Below are positions 40,262-52,815 of a stretch of 64,000 bases of DNA, piece after piece; position 1 is the first letter of the stretch; each line of letters starts with the position of its first letter. The notes below the pieces were generated by a model. It searched no databases. It saw only the letters and a program-made list of their open reading frames with translations, and was not told the DNA's origin. Made by a program: the position numbers and the translations under genes. Location: positions 395,438-459,437 of the forward strand of contig NW_003314347.1 in the NCBI RefSeq assembly GCF_000143415.4, given 5' to 3'. Source of the stretch: Selaginella moellendorffii (taxonomy: Eukaryota; Plantae; Lycopodiophyta).

Positions 40262-40670
40262 GGTCAGGCCCTCAAAGCGAAAATATCACGTGAGTCAGAC
40301 AAGGAAACACAGTGTCTTTTTGGACAGGAAGAACTTTAAACTTACTTGAGACGATCTTCAGATGAAACCCATCTTTGTGCCGATGATTTTCATCAGCGCT
40401 CGCGGGTCGATAAAACCTCGTCGTGGCGCTCCGTTTGATCTGCCAGAGGAAGGAAGCATTTGCCATAAGTCTTTCTCTATCTCGCAAGAAAAGGAAGAGA
40501 AGCAAAGGATTGATTGTATCCTAGCTTGCCAATAATGTAGGAGTTCTTAGCGATCGCTTGCTTCTTCCGGGACGCACTGTCATTACCTGCGGTGTCTTCC
40601 CAGCGAGTCACAAGAGATCGCCGCTCTCTCGCCTCAAGGGATAGCCTCCGCATCAGACGAATATTCCTTT
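40262..40670 (-). pseudogene. Chimeric fragment: IscA 5' part joined to a MATE intron/exon sliver
   Basis: 40326-40670 is a deleted copy of 24837-25443; 40262-40322 matches MATE 48617-48674. Confidence 0.8.
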
Positions 40671-40960
40671 TTGGGGCTACCTGTAGAAAAGATAGAAAAA
40701 GTTTACCTTCGAATATGACAGGTACAATATTATATTATACCAATTCAAAATCTAAATAATAATATTCTTTTGGCTGCTGCAATGGAGGTCCTGTTGTGAG
40801 CAGCCAGGAAGCAGCATTTGTTGTTCCAGCGCGATTTCTTTTTCTATTTCTTTGTGTGGTTCTTTGTGAACTGCTGCTTGGGTCTTGTGAATCGGTATAA
40901 AGTTTGATTACGCAATGAGGGATGCCAAGTCTATGTTCCACAAGATGCTGGCAGAGTCGC

Positions 40961-41084
40961 CTGCTTGGAAGCAACCACTGTCTCGGTCATATGCGGCGAG
41001 AATGATTCTTTAAGAATGTTCTTTAAATGTTCTTTAATTGTTAATCTATAAACATTCATTGAGACAGTGGTTGCTTCCAAGCAG
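40961..41084. repeat. Perfect 24-bp inverted repeat with a 76-nt AT-rich spacer
   Basis: CTGCTTGGAAGCAACCACTGTCTC (40961-40984) and GAGACAGTGGTTGCTTCCAAGCAG (41061-41084). Confidence 0.9.
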
Positions 41085-41608
41085 CTGCGAGAATCCGGAA
41101 AGAATGTTTAGAAATTATAAACAAAACTTCTTGCCAATTAAACATTTGCTTACGAATACCTTAACATTTCCAAAAATACAAAATGTGGCAAAATGTTAGC
41201 CTACTCAGTCGGGGCAAGGAACTGGGAAGTTGCAGCATCTCCCTCAAGCCAAATATCTCTCACAGGTGTTTTTGTGGGCACTTTCTAGCTGACGTCTGTA
41301 GAATATTGATCATCTCTATGGATTTTGCTATTGTACTGAATAGTTGCAGCTGCCAATGCGTGCCTCGTTCAGTGGCAGATAACTTGTTCTCTAGATTGCA
41401 AAAGAATATGATTAAAGATGTAGAAGCTCATGATTCAGAAGCAAGCTTGAACTGGCTGGGCAGCGAGACAAAGACCCCCTATGCTCAATGTCCACACCAT
41501 GTATAGCTCCAAACCATACCAAAAGCGAGCATCCACCACTGTTGACTAAATAACAATCTCTAAAAGTAGCCTTAACAACGCTTTAGAGTATAAATTAGCG
41601 TGAAGAAG

Positions 41609-42963
41609 ATGATAATTATTAGATTTGCTTGCTTGCTCAAGTTTGGATGTGGAGACAAGGGAGATCTTCTCCGCAGGCACTCCTCCTTCTTGGCCTATAC
41701 TTTCGGAGAGCTCGATCGCACTGCCGCAATCTCGACAATCTCGCGCAAATTCAAGCTCACGAAGCCACCTATCGTGGATTCCATGCTGCTCGAGGCCGCT
41801 TCCAGCTGCGAGGTAGACGAGGAGCTACTGTCACTGCTCCAGTCAACGAGGCGGCAGCTCCTCGGATGGATAGATATTCGTCCACAAGAGTGGGACCGAG
41901 TTTACAGCCTCTTCCCAGTGTCGCTCTGGAAGAACTTCGCTACAATCTCCCGCGATCTAGATTCCCTCCTTGGAGATATCAGGTCCCATGCTGTGATTGT
42001 CGATAAAAGCGTGGAGATGGCCGCGCTAACACGCATTCGAGAGCTTGCTCGCTCTCCCGTATGCCTCGCCCAACAAGAAAGCTTGCCAGGATTTCTTGAA
42101 GCGTCGGTTCCTGCTGCCTCGAGCTGTGAAGCTGGGGATGGATCGAGTCAAGGAGGAGGTGAGGTCCAAACAGCTCAAATCACTCTACCTGCTTGACAAC
42201 GGCCGGCACGAGCTCGTCTCCGAGATCTTCTTTCCCTGCGTGGCGGCCTGGTGCCTTCCTCTCGGTTGGATGAAATCTCTCCAGGCACTGATCGAGCGCG
42301 GCCATCCCTTCGGTTACTTCGGTGCCGACGTCTCGCGATATCCGCCGGGCATCGACACCATGTCAACTTGTGTCTCCACACTTTTTGATCTTGGTCTCGT
42401 CACCTCCGCGCAAGCCATGCATTTTCTGGAGATTTGTCTCGAGAACGTCAACGATCAAAACCAGCTTCTCCTGGACGTGGAGGCCTCGCGTGGATCCGGT
42501 CGTCATAGCCAACGCTGTCTATCTCGCCTATGCGCTCTCCATGGAAGATCACCCGGTTGTCCGCCACAACGAGAGTCTGATCTAGAGATTTAATTATACG
42601 GGACTCGCTATTACCTCAGCCAGGAGGACTTCTTGTTCATGTATGGCCGGGTTCTCGCGACATTTGGAGAGAAGGGAGATTCCCGACTTTGATCTTGTCT
42701 ATCGAGCGATGGAGGCGGCGCTCGTCAACCGGATCGGGAACGAGACCGAGTCGAAACCACTCGACGTTGCCAAAAGGATTCTGCTCATCAGGCGTTTTGG
42801 AATCCGGAACACGATAGACGTGGACTTGCTGCTCAAGATGCAGAACGAGGATGGTTCCTGGCCTTTGCAAGTGCTCAGCAATCTTCCACCTGCTAAAGGT
42901 GGTGTCTTCAATTCGGTGGTGGACTTGAGCTTTGCGGTGAGAGCACTGCAAAGTCAAGAATGA
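41609..42963 (+). pseudogene. HAD-like/class II terpene cyclase, copy 2 (frameshifted)
   Basis: Highly similar to 38743-40152 but frameshifted near 42029, 42480 and 42590-42660; DIDT changed to GIDT. Confidence 0.9.
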
Positions 42964-43079
42964 CATACAGAAAAAATCTACCTGGATGCGATGAGTTTTC
43001 TCCTCCTCATCTTGACATTGCGGACAATAGTGAGATCATAATAGATATTTGAAGGACTTCTCTTGAATTTCCTACTTCC

Positions 43080-43617
43080 CTGCGCGAGTAAAAATGCAGG
43101 TCAGAATGTTATAATCCGGAAACTCGGTATCAACTCAGTAACGGTGTGACCAGTTGCATTCACTCCAAAGCCTTTTGTGCCTGCGTGAAAGAAATGGGAA
43201 ACATTAAAACCATGACCACCGACTAAAAACTCATGACCACCGTATACCTGCTTGTTCCAGTTGGTTCTTACAGAAATAGTGAGCAGTGAGATCGCTTGCG
43301 TCGAAAGGCCACACAGAATCCCAATGATCAAGCCCTGAAAGCGAAAAAATCACGTGAGTCGGACAAGGAAACACAGTGTCTTTTCGGCCCACCTTTCTCG
43401 TTCATGTGAACGAAGGGCAGCACGTAAGCCACGACCAATCCAACAGCGTAATAAGAGCCAAGGTTGGCAAACGCGGCAAAAGCTTGCCATCCACATCCAC
43501 GAGCAACACCTGTTCACAGCAGACGGAAAAATCTAAACCATGTCACCGTATGCCATTTTTTTTTCAAACCCGAGACCACTCCTTGGAACGCATCCACAAC
43601 AACGAACGGCATCAGAT
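43080..43617 (-). pseudogene. 3' fragment of the MATE gene (last three exons plus part of one more)
   Basis: Homologous to 48380-48921 (GVARGCGWQ, GLIIGILCGLSTQ, NWNKQ). Confidence 0.85.
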
Positions 43618-43621
43618 TCTC

Positions 43622-44270
43622 GAGATCTTATATTGGAGCTGGAACTTTTCTCTCGAAGAATGAAATGGAGGAAGAACTTCATGTAACACTCTTGAAGAAT
43701 GCATATGTGATCTGGGTTGGCATTGGCCCTGAGCACATCGATATGCTCTTTCGTCACTCTCTTGGACAGATTATTGATCCGCTCGTTGTAGAAGAGCTCG
43801 TCCTCCCATGGATTGGTGCCATCCTCCCAATTATGCGATCTTTGATGAAATCCGATGATTTTCTCATCAGCGCTCGCGGGTCGACCGCCGTTGTCCTCCA
43901 CGAGCTCGTCATGGCGCTCCGCTTGATCTGCCAGAGGAAGGAAGCATTCGCCATAAGTCTTTCTCTATCTCGCAAAAAAAGGAAGAGAAGCAAAGGATTG
44001 ATTGTATCCTAGCTTGCCTGCGTAGTTCATGGTGTAGGAGTAGCCATTGCATCCCACGCGCAAGTAATGTTTGTTCCACAAGTCTAACAAATGCCGTATC
44101 CTTTTGGCGGCGCTATCACTCAGCGCAATCGCTTGCTTCTTCCGCGACGAACACGCTTGCCTCAATCCCTCCCTGACCTGCCGTAAAGCCCTACTCTCGG
44201 GGCTGTGGAGCTAACCTGAACATAGCTCCCACGCCTATAAGCCGCAAGAGATGAATATTCTCTTTTAAGG
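43622..44270 (-). pseudogene. IscA 5' fragment containing an inserted ~180-bp unrelated segment (43655-43835)
   Basis: RKKQAIALSDSAAKRIRHLL...CNGYSYTMNYA matches 25050-25220; internal deletions; last exon absent. Confidence 0.85.
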
Positions 44271-47018
44271 CTCTGTCTGGTTTATTGCTAAATTTATTTG
44301 TAATCGAGGTTTAATGATAGTATAAACTTTGTTTAAGTTTGTAAGATTTAAGTCTAGACAATTTGAAATTTTTGATTCGTGATAAGGTCTTTTGCCTCTT
44401 GCTTGGTGGTTTATATCTTGGCACTAACTTCTACTGGTCACTAGAGGATGGTCAATTTGATCTCTCATCGGCCAAGATTATTCCACTTTCCATGATAAGC
44501 AGTTTTGTTAGTGAAATACTGTCATATTACTTGAGATCACATTTGGATCAGATTAAGAATATGTAAAGATTTGTAAGTATAAGTGGGCTATACAAACAAC
44601 TAGTTAATTGGTACTGCATGTAGTGCATGGGTATGCAAAGTACTAGTTAACTATTAATTACAGAAAAATCTAAAACATTGAGTAAGAAGACTATTCAATA
44701 CCCCTGCACAAGATTTAACAGATTCCTTCACATATCAGTGTTGAAACAGTAATAATTCCCAGTCCTTGAGCTCCAAATCCCACCTTGAGCTCCTCAAACA
44801 AATCCACAGCTTCATTCTATCACTCATTTGATCCGAGGCAGGAAATATCACCAGAAGTCGACTATCACTACATTATGGCGTGAGACACTGCAGCTGTGGA
44901 GTGCAAAGAAATGAATGGTGATGACCTAGTGGCGCAGCAACGGCCATTGCTCTCTTCTTCCATTAGCTCTCCTAAGTTGATGCAAATCAACATTAGTTTT
45001 AGACACTAATACATGAGTTCCATTCTTGGTAAGCAATCTTAAATCCTGTAGTCTACTTTGATGTCTACTTTGATCTGATAGTTTGATTTACATCTACCTC
45101 TCATCTCGTTTTGTTTCTTGTGGTTTTATCCTTTGTATTTTTTTCTCTCTCCATGACTCAGCAAGGTGATGACCCCAATCTAGTATGAAAACCAGCAACT
45201 TTCTTCAACTATAGTAACAAATGGCAGGTTTGGTGATCGAGCAACCATGTAATTAAGCTTCTTGCCCTACAGAACCCAAAAGTCATTTTTTCTGCAAAGT
45301 TTGGAGGGCACCGGCACGAGCTTCATGGTTTTCTAAATCAAATGGATTTGATCTTCAAGTTGCAAATTAGGGTCATTGAAACTCTTCTTGCTTTCTTGGC
45401 TTTCACCTTTGCTTAAGTGTGATTTGCCTCAACATCCTGTTCATGAACTTCACGACCTTCTGCTATTTATTGTGTGTTTTGGGGACACAAACCGAGCTTG
45501 CATCACTGCAATCATGTCTCCGTTAGTGGAATTGATTAATCAATTAAGAATGATGGCCTTAAGGTTGTTTATTGTGACAATTGTCTTTTCGTGTCATAAG
45601 GAATTTAGCTGTTCTGGTACTTTTCCTAAGGATACTTCTTCTTCAACTCCGGCCTTAGTACCAGCTCCAGTCTTGACTCCCATAACACAAATTTGAGGTT
45701 CCAGTCCCGTTATAATAGAGATTGGTCAATAGCAACAAGGAGAGTGATATTAACTTTCTCTAGCACAGCGTCAGTGTCATCTCGATGAAGGGTTATGTCT
45801 CTACTGAACTGTACCACAGGATATGCCCCTCTTGCTCGCACTTGAGCTTTGGCCATCAACTCGAGTTTTTACCATATCAATTCCTGAGTCATCAAGTTTA
45901 GAGGATCATACTAATTTTTTAGTCTTAAACGGGGATCTCCAATCAACATATGAGCCGCCTGGTTTGATTGCAATAAAGAGAATCTTGTTATTTTCAAGGT
46001 TCCATTCATCAAATCATGGCTACAGATAATGCCTTTCTACATTCCAGGCACTTTACCTTGGCTAGGATCCCTTTTTCTTCATTCTTCACCAAGAGGTGCT
46101 TTTGGACTTTAGTGTTAGCATTTTCTTCAATTCTAATGTATGTCATTTGTTCCAGTCATCCGTTTTCCTTCCACTTATTCTGAAAAGGGGAAAAGATCCA
46201 CCTCATAAGTTAGCACATTGTCTCCCACAGGTTGCAAGTGTAGTTGGCACCATCTTTGCTAAGGACACTACCCTCATCAGTTCATCCAAATGTTAGTTGT
46301 GCCATCTTTGCACTCCGAATTGGGAAAGATTTGTGCATTGTTTATATATTAATACAATAATTATCACGAGATAAATATGAAAAAATATAATAGAATTCAA
46401 GATATTTTAATTATTTAGTTTTTATTTCAAAATATTAAAGTCTTTTAAAGAAAACCAAGAGTTTCTGTATACAAAAATTATTGTAATTACTTTTGGGGAT
46501 ATCTTGTAATTTTTTCTAAATCTATTTTTTGATAAATACAAAAGAAAATCTAGTGTTTAAACGGTAGATTATTTATGTTAATGTAAATATCATTTCCTGA
46601 GGTAAAAGTTTCTCAAGATTATTAAAAACGCGCTTGTTTATTTAAATATTATTTATATTAATTAGTTTTATAGATTTAAACTTCCATTACTTTCAAACTA
46701 GTTGTGATACTGAATATTGGCTTGGCAAAGCTGGCAAGAGTACAAGCTATCATGTCAAGATCGAGGTCCTGGTATTTGCAGATTCTTTGCGATTTTTTCT
46801 TCTATTTCTTTATGTGATTCTTTATGAATTGCTGCTTGCGTCTTAAACTTTGATTACGCAATGATCCCAGAGTCGCCTTCTATGCCTCCGCTACACCGAG
46901 GTTGTCCGACAGTCTCGGTCATGTGTTGACGCCGGACACTTTTAGGTGTCATTTCTGTTCAGATGGACCTAGAAGGGTGGTAAGAGGCACTGTGGATTAG
47001 ATTCGATCATAGCAGAAG

Positions 47019-48211
47019 ATGATTTGCTTGCTTTGGATGTGGAGACGATGGCGAGATCTTCTCCACAGGGCTACTCCTCCTTCCTCGCCTATGCTTGCGG
47101 GGAGCTCGATCGCGCTGCCGCAATCTCGACAATCTCGCGCAAATTCAAGCTCAAGCAGCCAGCTCCCGCGGATTCCAAGCTGCTCGAGGCCGCTTCGCTG
47201 CGAGGAGCTACTGGCACTAGCTCCTCGGATGGATTGATATTCCTCAACAAGAGTGGGAGCGAGTTTACAGCCTCTTCCCGGCGTCGCTCGGGAAGAACTT
47301 CAATACAATCTCCTGCGATCTAGATTCCCTCCTTGGAGATATCAGGTCCCATGCCGTGATCGTCAACAAAAGCGTGGAGATGGCCGCGCTACACGCATTC
47401 GAGAGCTTGCTCGCTCTCCAGTATGCCTTGCCCAACAAGAAAGCTTGCCAGGACTTCTTGAAGCGTCGGTTCCTGCTGCCTCGAGCTGTGGAGCTGGGCA
47501 AGGAGGATGTGAGATCCAAGCAGCTCAAATCACTCTACCTGTTTGACAACGGCGGGCAGGAGCTCGTCTCCGAGATCTTCTCTCTGCCTTCTGGAGATCA
47601 TTCCTCTCGGCTGGATGAAATCTCTCCAGGCACTGATCGAGCGCGGCCATCCCTTCAGTTACTTTGGTGCCAACGTCTCGTGCTATCTGCTGGACATTAA
47701 CATCATGTCAACTTGTGTCTCCACGTCAAGGGATGCACTTTTGGGAGATTCTTGAACACTTCATCAAGTCACTTGATTTATTCATTCTAACTTTGTTATA
47801 TCATCAACATAACCTTCCTTACTCACACTAACCTTTCATAGCTCCATTAGTTCTATTAGAATCTTCTTTCTATTATCTCATTGTTTTGGGCTTTCATCTT
47901 TAGACGTGGACTCAAACTCAAACTGAGACTTAGTCTTGATCTTCAAATTTAAATGTGCTACACTTAATAATGAACAATTTTAAAGTTATATAGAGTTGTC
48001 TCGAGAACATCAATGATCAAAACAAGCTTCTCACGTTACCTGGACGTGGAGCGGCCTCGCATGGATCCAGTCATAGCCAACGTCGTCTATCCTGCGTATG
48101 CGCTCTCCATGGAAGATCACCCAGTTGTCCATCTAGAGACATCTGTTAGGCGGTGGATTTGTTTACGGGACTCACTATTACCTCAGCCAAGCACTGCAAA
48201 GTCAAGATTGA
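47019..48211 (+). pseudogene. HAD-like/class II terpene cyclase, copy 3 (heavily degraded, ~245-bp insertion at ~47750-47995)
   Basis: Recognisable AYACGELDRAAAISTISRKFKL, KRRFLLPRAV and YLDVERPRMDPV; multiple indels; DIDT changed to DINI; region encoding the QW motif deleted. Confidence 0.88.
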
Positions 48212-48422
48212 AAGAGTCGATAATAAGTTGCATATAGAAAAAATCTGCCTGGATGCGATGAATTTTCTCCTCCTCATCTTGACATTGCAGACATAGTGAG
48301 ATCACCAAAACAAGCACGGTAGCTATAAAAGACCAATTCAGATGGATATTTGAAGAACTAACTATTGAATTTCTTTCTTCCCTGCGCGAGTAAAAATGCA
48401 GGTGACAGTGTTACACTCGGTA

Positions 48423-50248
48423 TCAACTCAGTAACGGTGTGACCAGTTGCATTCGCTCCGAAGCCTTTTGTGCCTGCATGAAAGAAATACGAAACATAAA
48501 AACCATGACCGGCGATTAAAAACTAAGGGTGGCATACCTGCTTGTTCCAGTTGGTTCTTACAGCAATAGTGAGCAGTGAGATCGCTTGCGTCGAAAGGCC
48601 ACACAAAATCCCAATGATCAGGCCCTGATAGTGAAAAAATCACGTGAGTCAGACAAGGAAACTCAGTGTCTTTTCGGCCCACCTTTCCGTTCATGTGTAG
48701 AACGAAGGCCAGCACGTAAGCCACGGGCAATCCAACAGCGTAATAAGAGCCAAGGTTGGCAAACGCGGCAAAAGCTTGCCATCCACATCCGCGAGCAACA
48801 CCTGTTCACAGCAAACAGAAAAATCTTAAACCACGTCACCGTATGCCATTTCCATTTTCAAACCTGAGACAACCCCTTGGAACGCATCCACAATACTGAT
48901 TGTAACAACGAACGGCATCAGCCTAGAAACGGAGCTCACAACCTCGGCTTCGTTGCTGAACAGGTGCCCCAGCTTGTGCCTGGCCAGGAACAGAATAGTA
49001 CTCACGAGTACAGCGTCAATGGCTGCAAAGAATATGGATGTTTTGAATGCCAGCTTCGCTGCATTCGTCTCTCCAGCTCCTAGCGCATTGCTTATACGGA
49101 CACTAGAATAGAAATCGAAATTTGACTCCACTGTGAAACAAAATCAAGCTGCGACTTACCTTGCAGCAGTACTCAAGCCATAAGCGATCATGAAGAAAAT
49201 TTGGATCGTGTTCAATCTGGAGTAGAAAATAAGAAAACGAAAGTTTATCCATCGAGGAAAAAGGCAAAAGAGCAGCCACTCACACAATTGTGAAGGTGGA
49301 GGTCTCGAGCTGAGGATCTGGCAGCAGCCCTGAGAGTAAAACAAGAGCCTCAAGTGACCACCATTCCAAACTGCAAGGAAGAATCCAATAAACGTGGAAA
49401 ATAAACCAAGCAAAAACTTACCAGAGCATGAGCAAAGAAGGAATGGCGAGAGCCATGAACTGTTTGAGGTCTCGAAACATTTCCATCGAGAGTCCACCCC
49501 AGCAACGCCTACAAGCGGGTGTGCACGCCACCACCGTGGAAAGAACTGCTACGTTGATCCAGCTCGCCAGGCTCGCCGATAGTGCCGCCCCTTTGATTCC
49601 CATCCCCAGCTTGTAGATCGACACCCAGCAGAACAAAGCGTTGAGCAGCAAATTCACGAACGAGGCCCCGAGCATCACGTAGACCTGGCTTTGCGACTGG
49701 AGGAACTTGTCCAGCGGCTGGAGCAGCACGAACGCGAAGAGCTCCGGCAGCAAGTATCTCGCGAAAACCCCGGCGTTTTTGGAGATCTCAGGGTCTTGGC
49801 CAAAGAACAAGAGGACGTGCTCCATGAAGAACCACACAATCGCGATTGGAATGGCGGCAAGGAACTCGATGAAGACGGCCCTTTGCAAGTAGACCCCAAG
49901 GCGCGTGTAGAGCTTGGCGCCATAGGCCTGGCCGCAAAGAGTCTCGAGAGCGCTCCCCAGCCCCAGCTGCCGAAGAGAAATGGATCGAAATATCACCAAG
50001 AATCAATCACCAATCGATCTTTCTCGCAAGATTTCACTCACCAGGATGCTGTAGCCGGTGACATTGGCCAGCGATCCAGCGATCGCGGCGCTCGCGAGCT
50101 CCAGCTCTCCCAGATGCCCCACGAACATGATCGCCACGGTCGTGACGGCGAATTGGAGGAGCGTGACGCCGACCATGGGGAGCGCGATCCATGCCTGGAA
50201 GCGCACCTCGATCCAGAAGGCGCTCGGTCGCTCGACGAGCAACGCCAT
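48423..50248 (-). CDS. MATE (DTX) efflux transporter, multi-exon, apparently intact
   Basis: MFVGHLGELELA, GLGSALETLCGQAYGA, FLQSQS, LAIPSLLM, SVRISNALGAG, QGVVSGVARGCGWQ, NLGSYY, TNW-like NWNKQ; stop at 48423-48425. Confidence 0.93.
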
Positions 50249-50385
50249 TACCACAAGAGAAAAACGTGGGAATCAGACGTGGCAGATACGTGGCAGTGAA
50301 TTGTTGACTGAATAAAATATCTCGAAAAATGCCGTAAAAGCTGACTTGGCTTCTTCTGCCCTAAAAAGCGCAAGAGCCCTAAATT

Positions 50386-52412
50386 ATGAAGGCTCTGCCA
50401 TCGCGGCGAAGCTGGGGCGTGATCCACGCCTGGAGGAGGCGATCTATCTCATCAGGTGATCCACACAGCAGTAGCGGCCCTAGCAGCAGTAGCAAGCCCG
50501 ATGCCTCGCAATCGGCCGTGCACCCGGCGATGCGAGGGCGCCCCGAAGAGCTGAGCGACTCCGAGGAGGGCAGCAACAATGCAGCGAGGGAAAAGAAGCG
50601 ATGGGGGCAGCAGCTGGCTTGGCTTAGTGGAATTCTCGAGCCGGCATTGAATCTCTATCACAAGGCATTGCCACCAGGTGAGAGATATCTTCTTCTTCTC
50701 TTTGCTTTCTAGAGTTTTGCTTGAATGAACCAAAAGAGAGATGGAGCTGAGTTATTTTCTCGTTTGCGTGGATGTGTGAAGGAAAGTCTGAAGGAAACGC
50801 TGGTCCTCCAAGCACTCGCTCGCTCGTAGACATCGCTGCTTGTCTTCACAGAAGTAACTATGGCATGCAGCAGTGGGGACTAGGAGATTTAACGCTCGGC
50901 TTGTATCTCCTTTCTCTTCGCCATGCTGCCGAAGGCGCTGTGGACGTGGTCGAAGGAGTCCAAGTTAAATCCGATGTCCTGGTGAGTTCTTCGTTTCTTT
51001 CTTGGAGGAGAAAAGTTTTAACAAGCCTTCTTGATTGATCACAAGGTGGAAGATTTTATCTACTATGTGGAGCTTGCCAAGGGAGCCTACTTGAAAAACG
51101 AGGCAGCGCTCGCACGGATTTCCATGCTCAAGGAGAGCAACGTTGTTAAGTTTGTGGATAAGGCCAGCGTGATGCGACCTGCGTATTACATCGGGTTGGA
51201 TCACAGGGCGCAAACTGTGATCCTGGGAATCCGCGGGACTCAGTCGATTCATGATCTCATCACGGACTTGGCATCACACGGCGAGGAAGAAATTTTCAAC
51301 GAGGGCAATGCTCATTTTGGGACAGCACAAGCTGCAAGGTGGTTTTTTCACAACGAGGTGCAAACTTTAAGGAAATGTTTGCAAGAAAACATGGTGAGCC
51401 TATCTTTGTTCTTGTGCTTTTCATGTTTTTGTGAAGTAACTTCTTTCGTGGTTTTAAAGGGGTATGGACTTCGTATTGTTGGCCACTCTTTGGGTGGTGC
51501 CACAGCATCTTTGCTTGCGATGATGCTACACAAACGATCGGTGGAACTTCTTGGTATTCCTCCGGAACAAGTTGCGGCCGTTGGTATTGCAACACCACCC
51601 TGTGTCTCCAAAAGTCTGGCTGTAGAATGCGCAGGCTACGTGACAACGCTAGCTTTACAGGTTTGTATTTTGTCTTTGCTTGTCAACTGGAAAGATAATC
51701 TCGAACAGTTTCAAGCAGTATGACGTAATACCACGAATGAGTGCTGCTGCATTGGAAAGACTGCGAGACGAGATACTTCTGCTCGATTGGTAAGTGATGC
51801 TTAGAACATTCCTAGCTTACAGCGATTTTTCTTCTTGTATCAGGATGAATGCCTTCAAGGAGGAGGAGAATCGCACAGGCCTTCTCGACATGGTGGCCAG
51901 CACACTTCAAGCGATCTCTTCTGTGCAGGAAGCAGCGCGTAGATACGCCATATATGCAAAGCTTCGTGGTCTTTCAGATGAACCAAGTAAGTTTCCATCA
52001 TTCTGGTTAGAAAAAAGAAGAGTTTGCACTGACTGCAGCCTATACAGAACAAGAAGCCACTCCACAAAATCCAAAAAACCAAATCATGGAGAAGGACGAA
52101 TCTTCAAAGAGTGAGGCAACAAAGACCGTAAAGGAACATGAGGAGCTATACTCACCAGGAATTCTTTATCATCTTTGCGGTCGAGCTTCGATGAAAGATC
52201 AACATGGTGACAGTGCTGCTCAAGGATGCTCGCTCTGGCTGGTCAATCGCGATGCGAGATTTAGCAGGATTGTGCTCACTGGCTCGATGCTATCCGATCA
52301 CAAATGTGACAGCCACTACTACGCCTTGCGAGATGTTCTCAAGAGCCTCCCAAGGTCAGAGAGGCGATCACCATTGCCGTCAGTTCGAGACAACACGCTG
52401 AACGATAAGTAG
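50386..52412 (+). CDS. Class 3 lipase family protein (alpha/beta hydrolase), multi-exon
   Basis: RPAYYIGLDH, ILGIRGT, AHFGT, IVGHSLGGATA (GxSxG), TPPCVS, YDVIPRMS, LYSPG, MLSDH. Confidence 0.9.
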
Positions 52413-52454
52413 CTTAGCATAGTTTTACAGATTGGAGATCTAACTTTCCATCTC

Positions 52455-52590
52455 TAGTAGCAAGTCGGGTGCTCGCAAACCGACTGGAAGCACGAGGAAA
52501 GTCATGAGGAGATCCACAAAGTCCTTCTTGGCCTCGAAGAACAAAATCTTGCCACTGCTCTTTCTTGTACAGGAGATTCACTCGCATCAC
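52455..52590 (-). pseudogene. 5' fragment of a DUF674 gene
   Basis: Reverse strand reads MRVNLLYK..GKILFFEAKKDFVDLLMTFLVLPVG with a frameshift, then truncates. Confidence 0.7.
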
Positions 52591-52815
52591 CTCCGCGGAA
52601 AGCAGCTCGAGTCGAACGCGACATAGCCGCTACTTTTCACCAAGGATGAGAAATCGAGAGCAGGAAGAACACCCCGCGAAAACACGCCCAATTTATTAAG
52701 AAAGCTTAACTCCACAAACTTTGTCATCATTTTTTCTAGTGTTTACGTAACTAGCACAAACTATACGAGAAAAGAACGAGAAATCTAAAATCATGACATG
52801 GTTTTTGTGATTGAT

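Noticed and set aside
44350-46700. AT-rich spacer with short ORFs, possibly a transposon remnant
   Set aside because: No recognisable protein motif or terminal structure.
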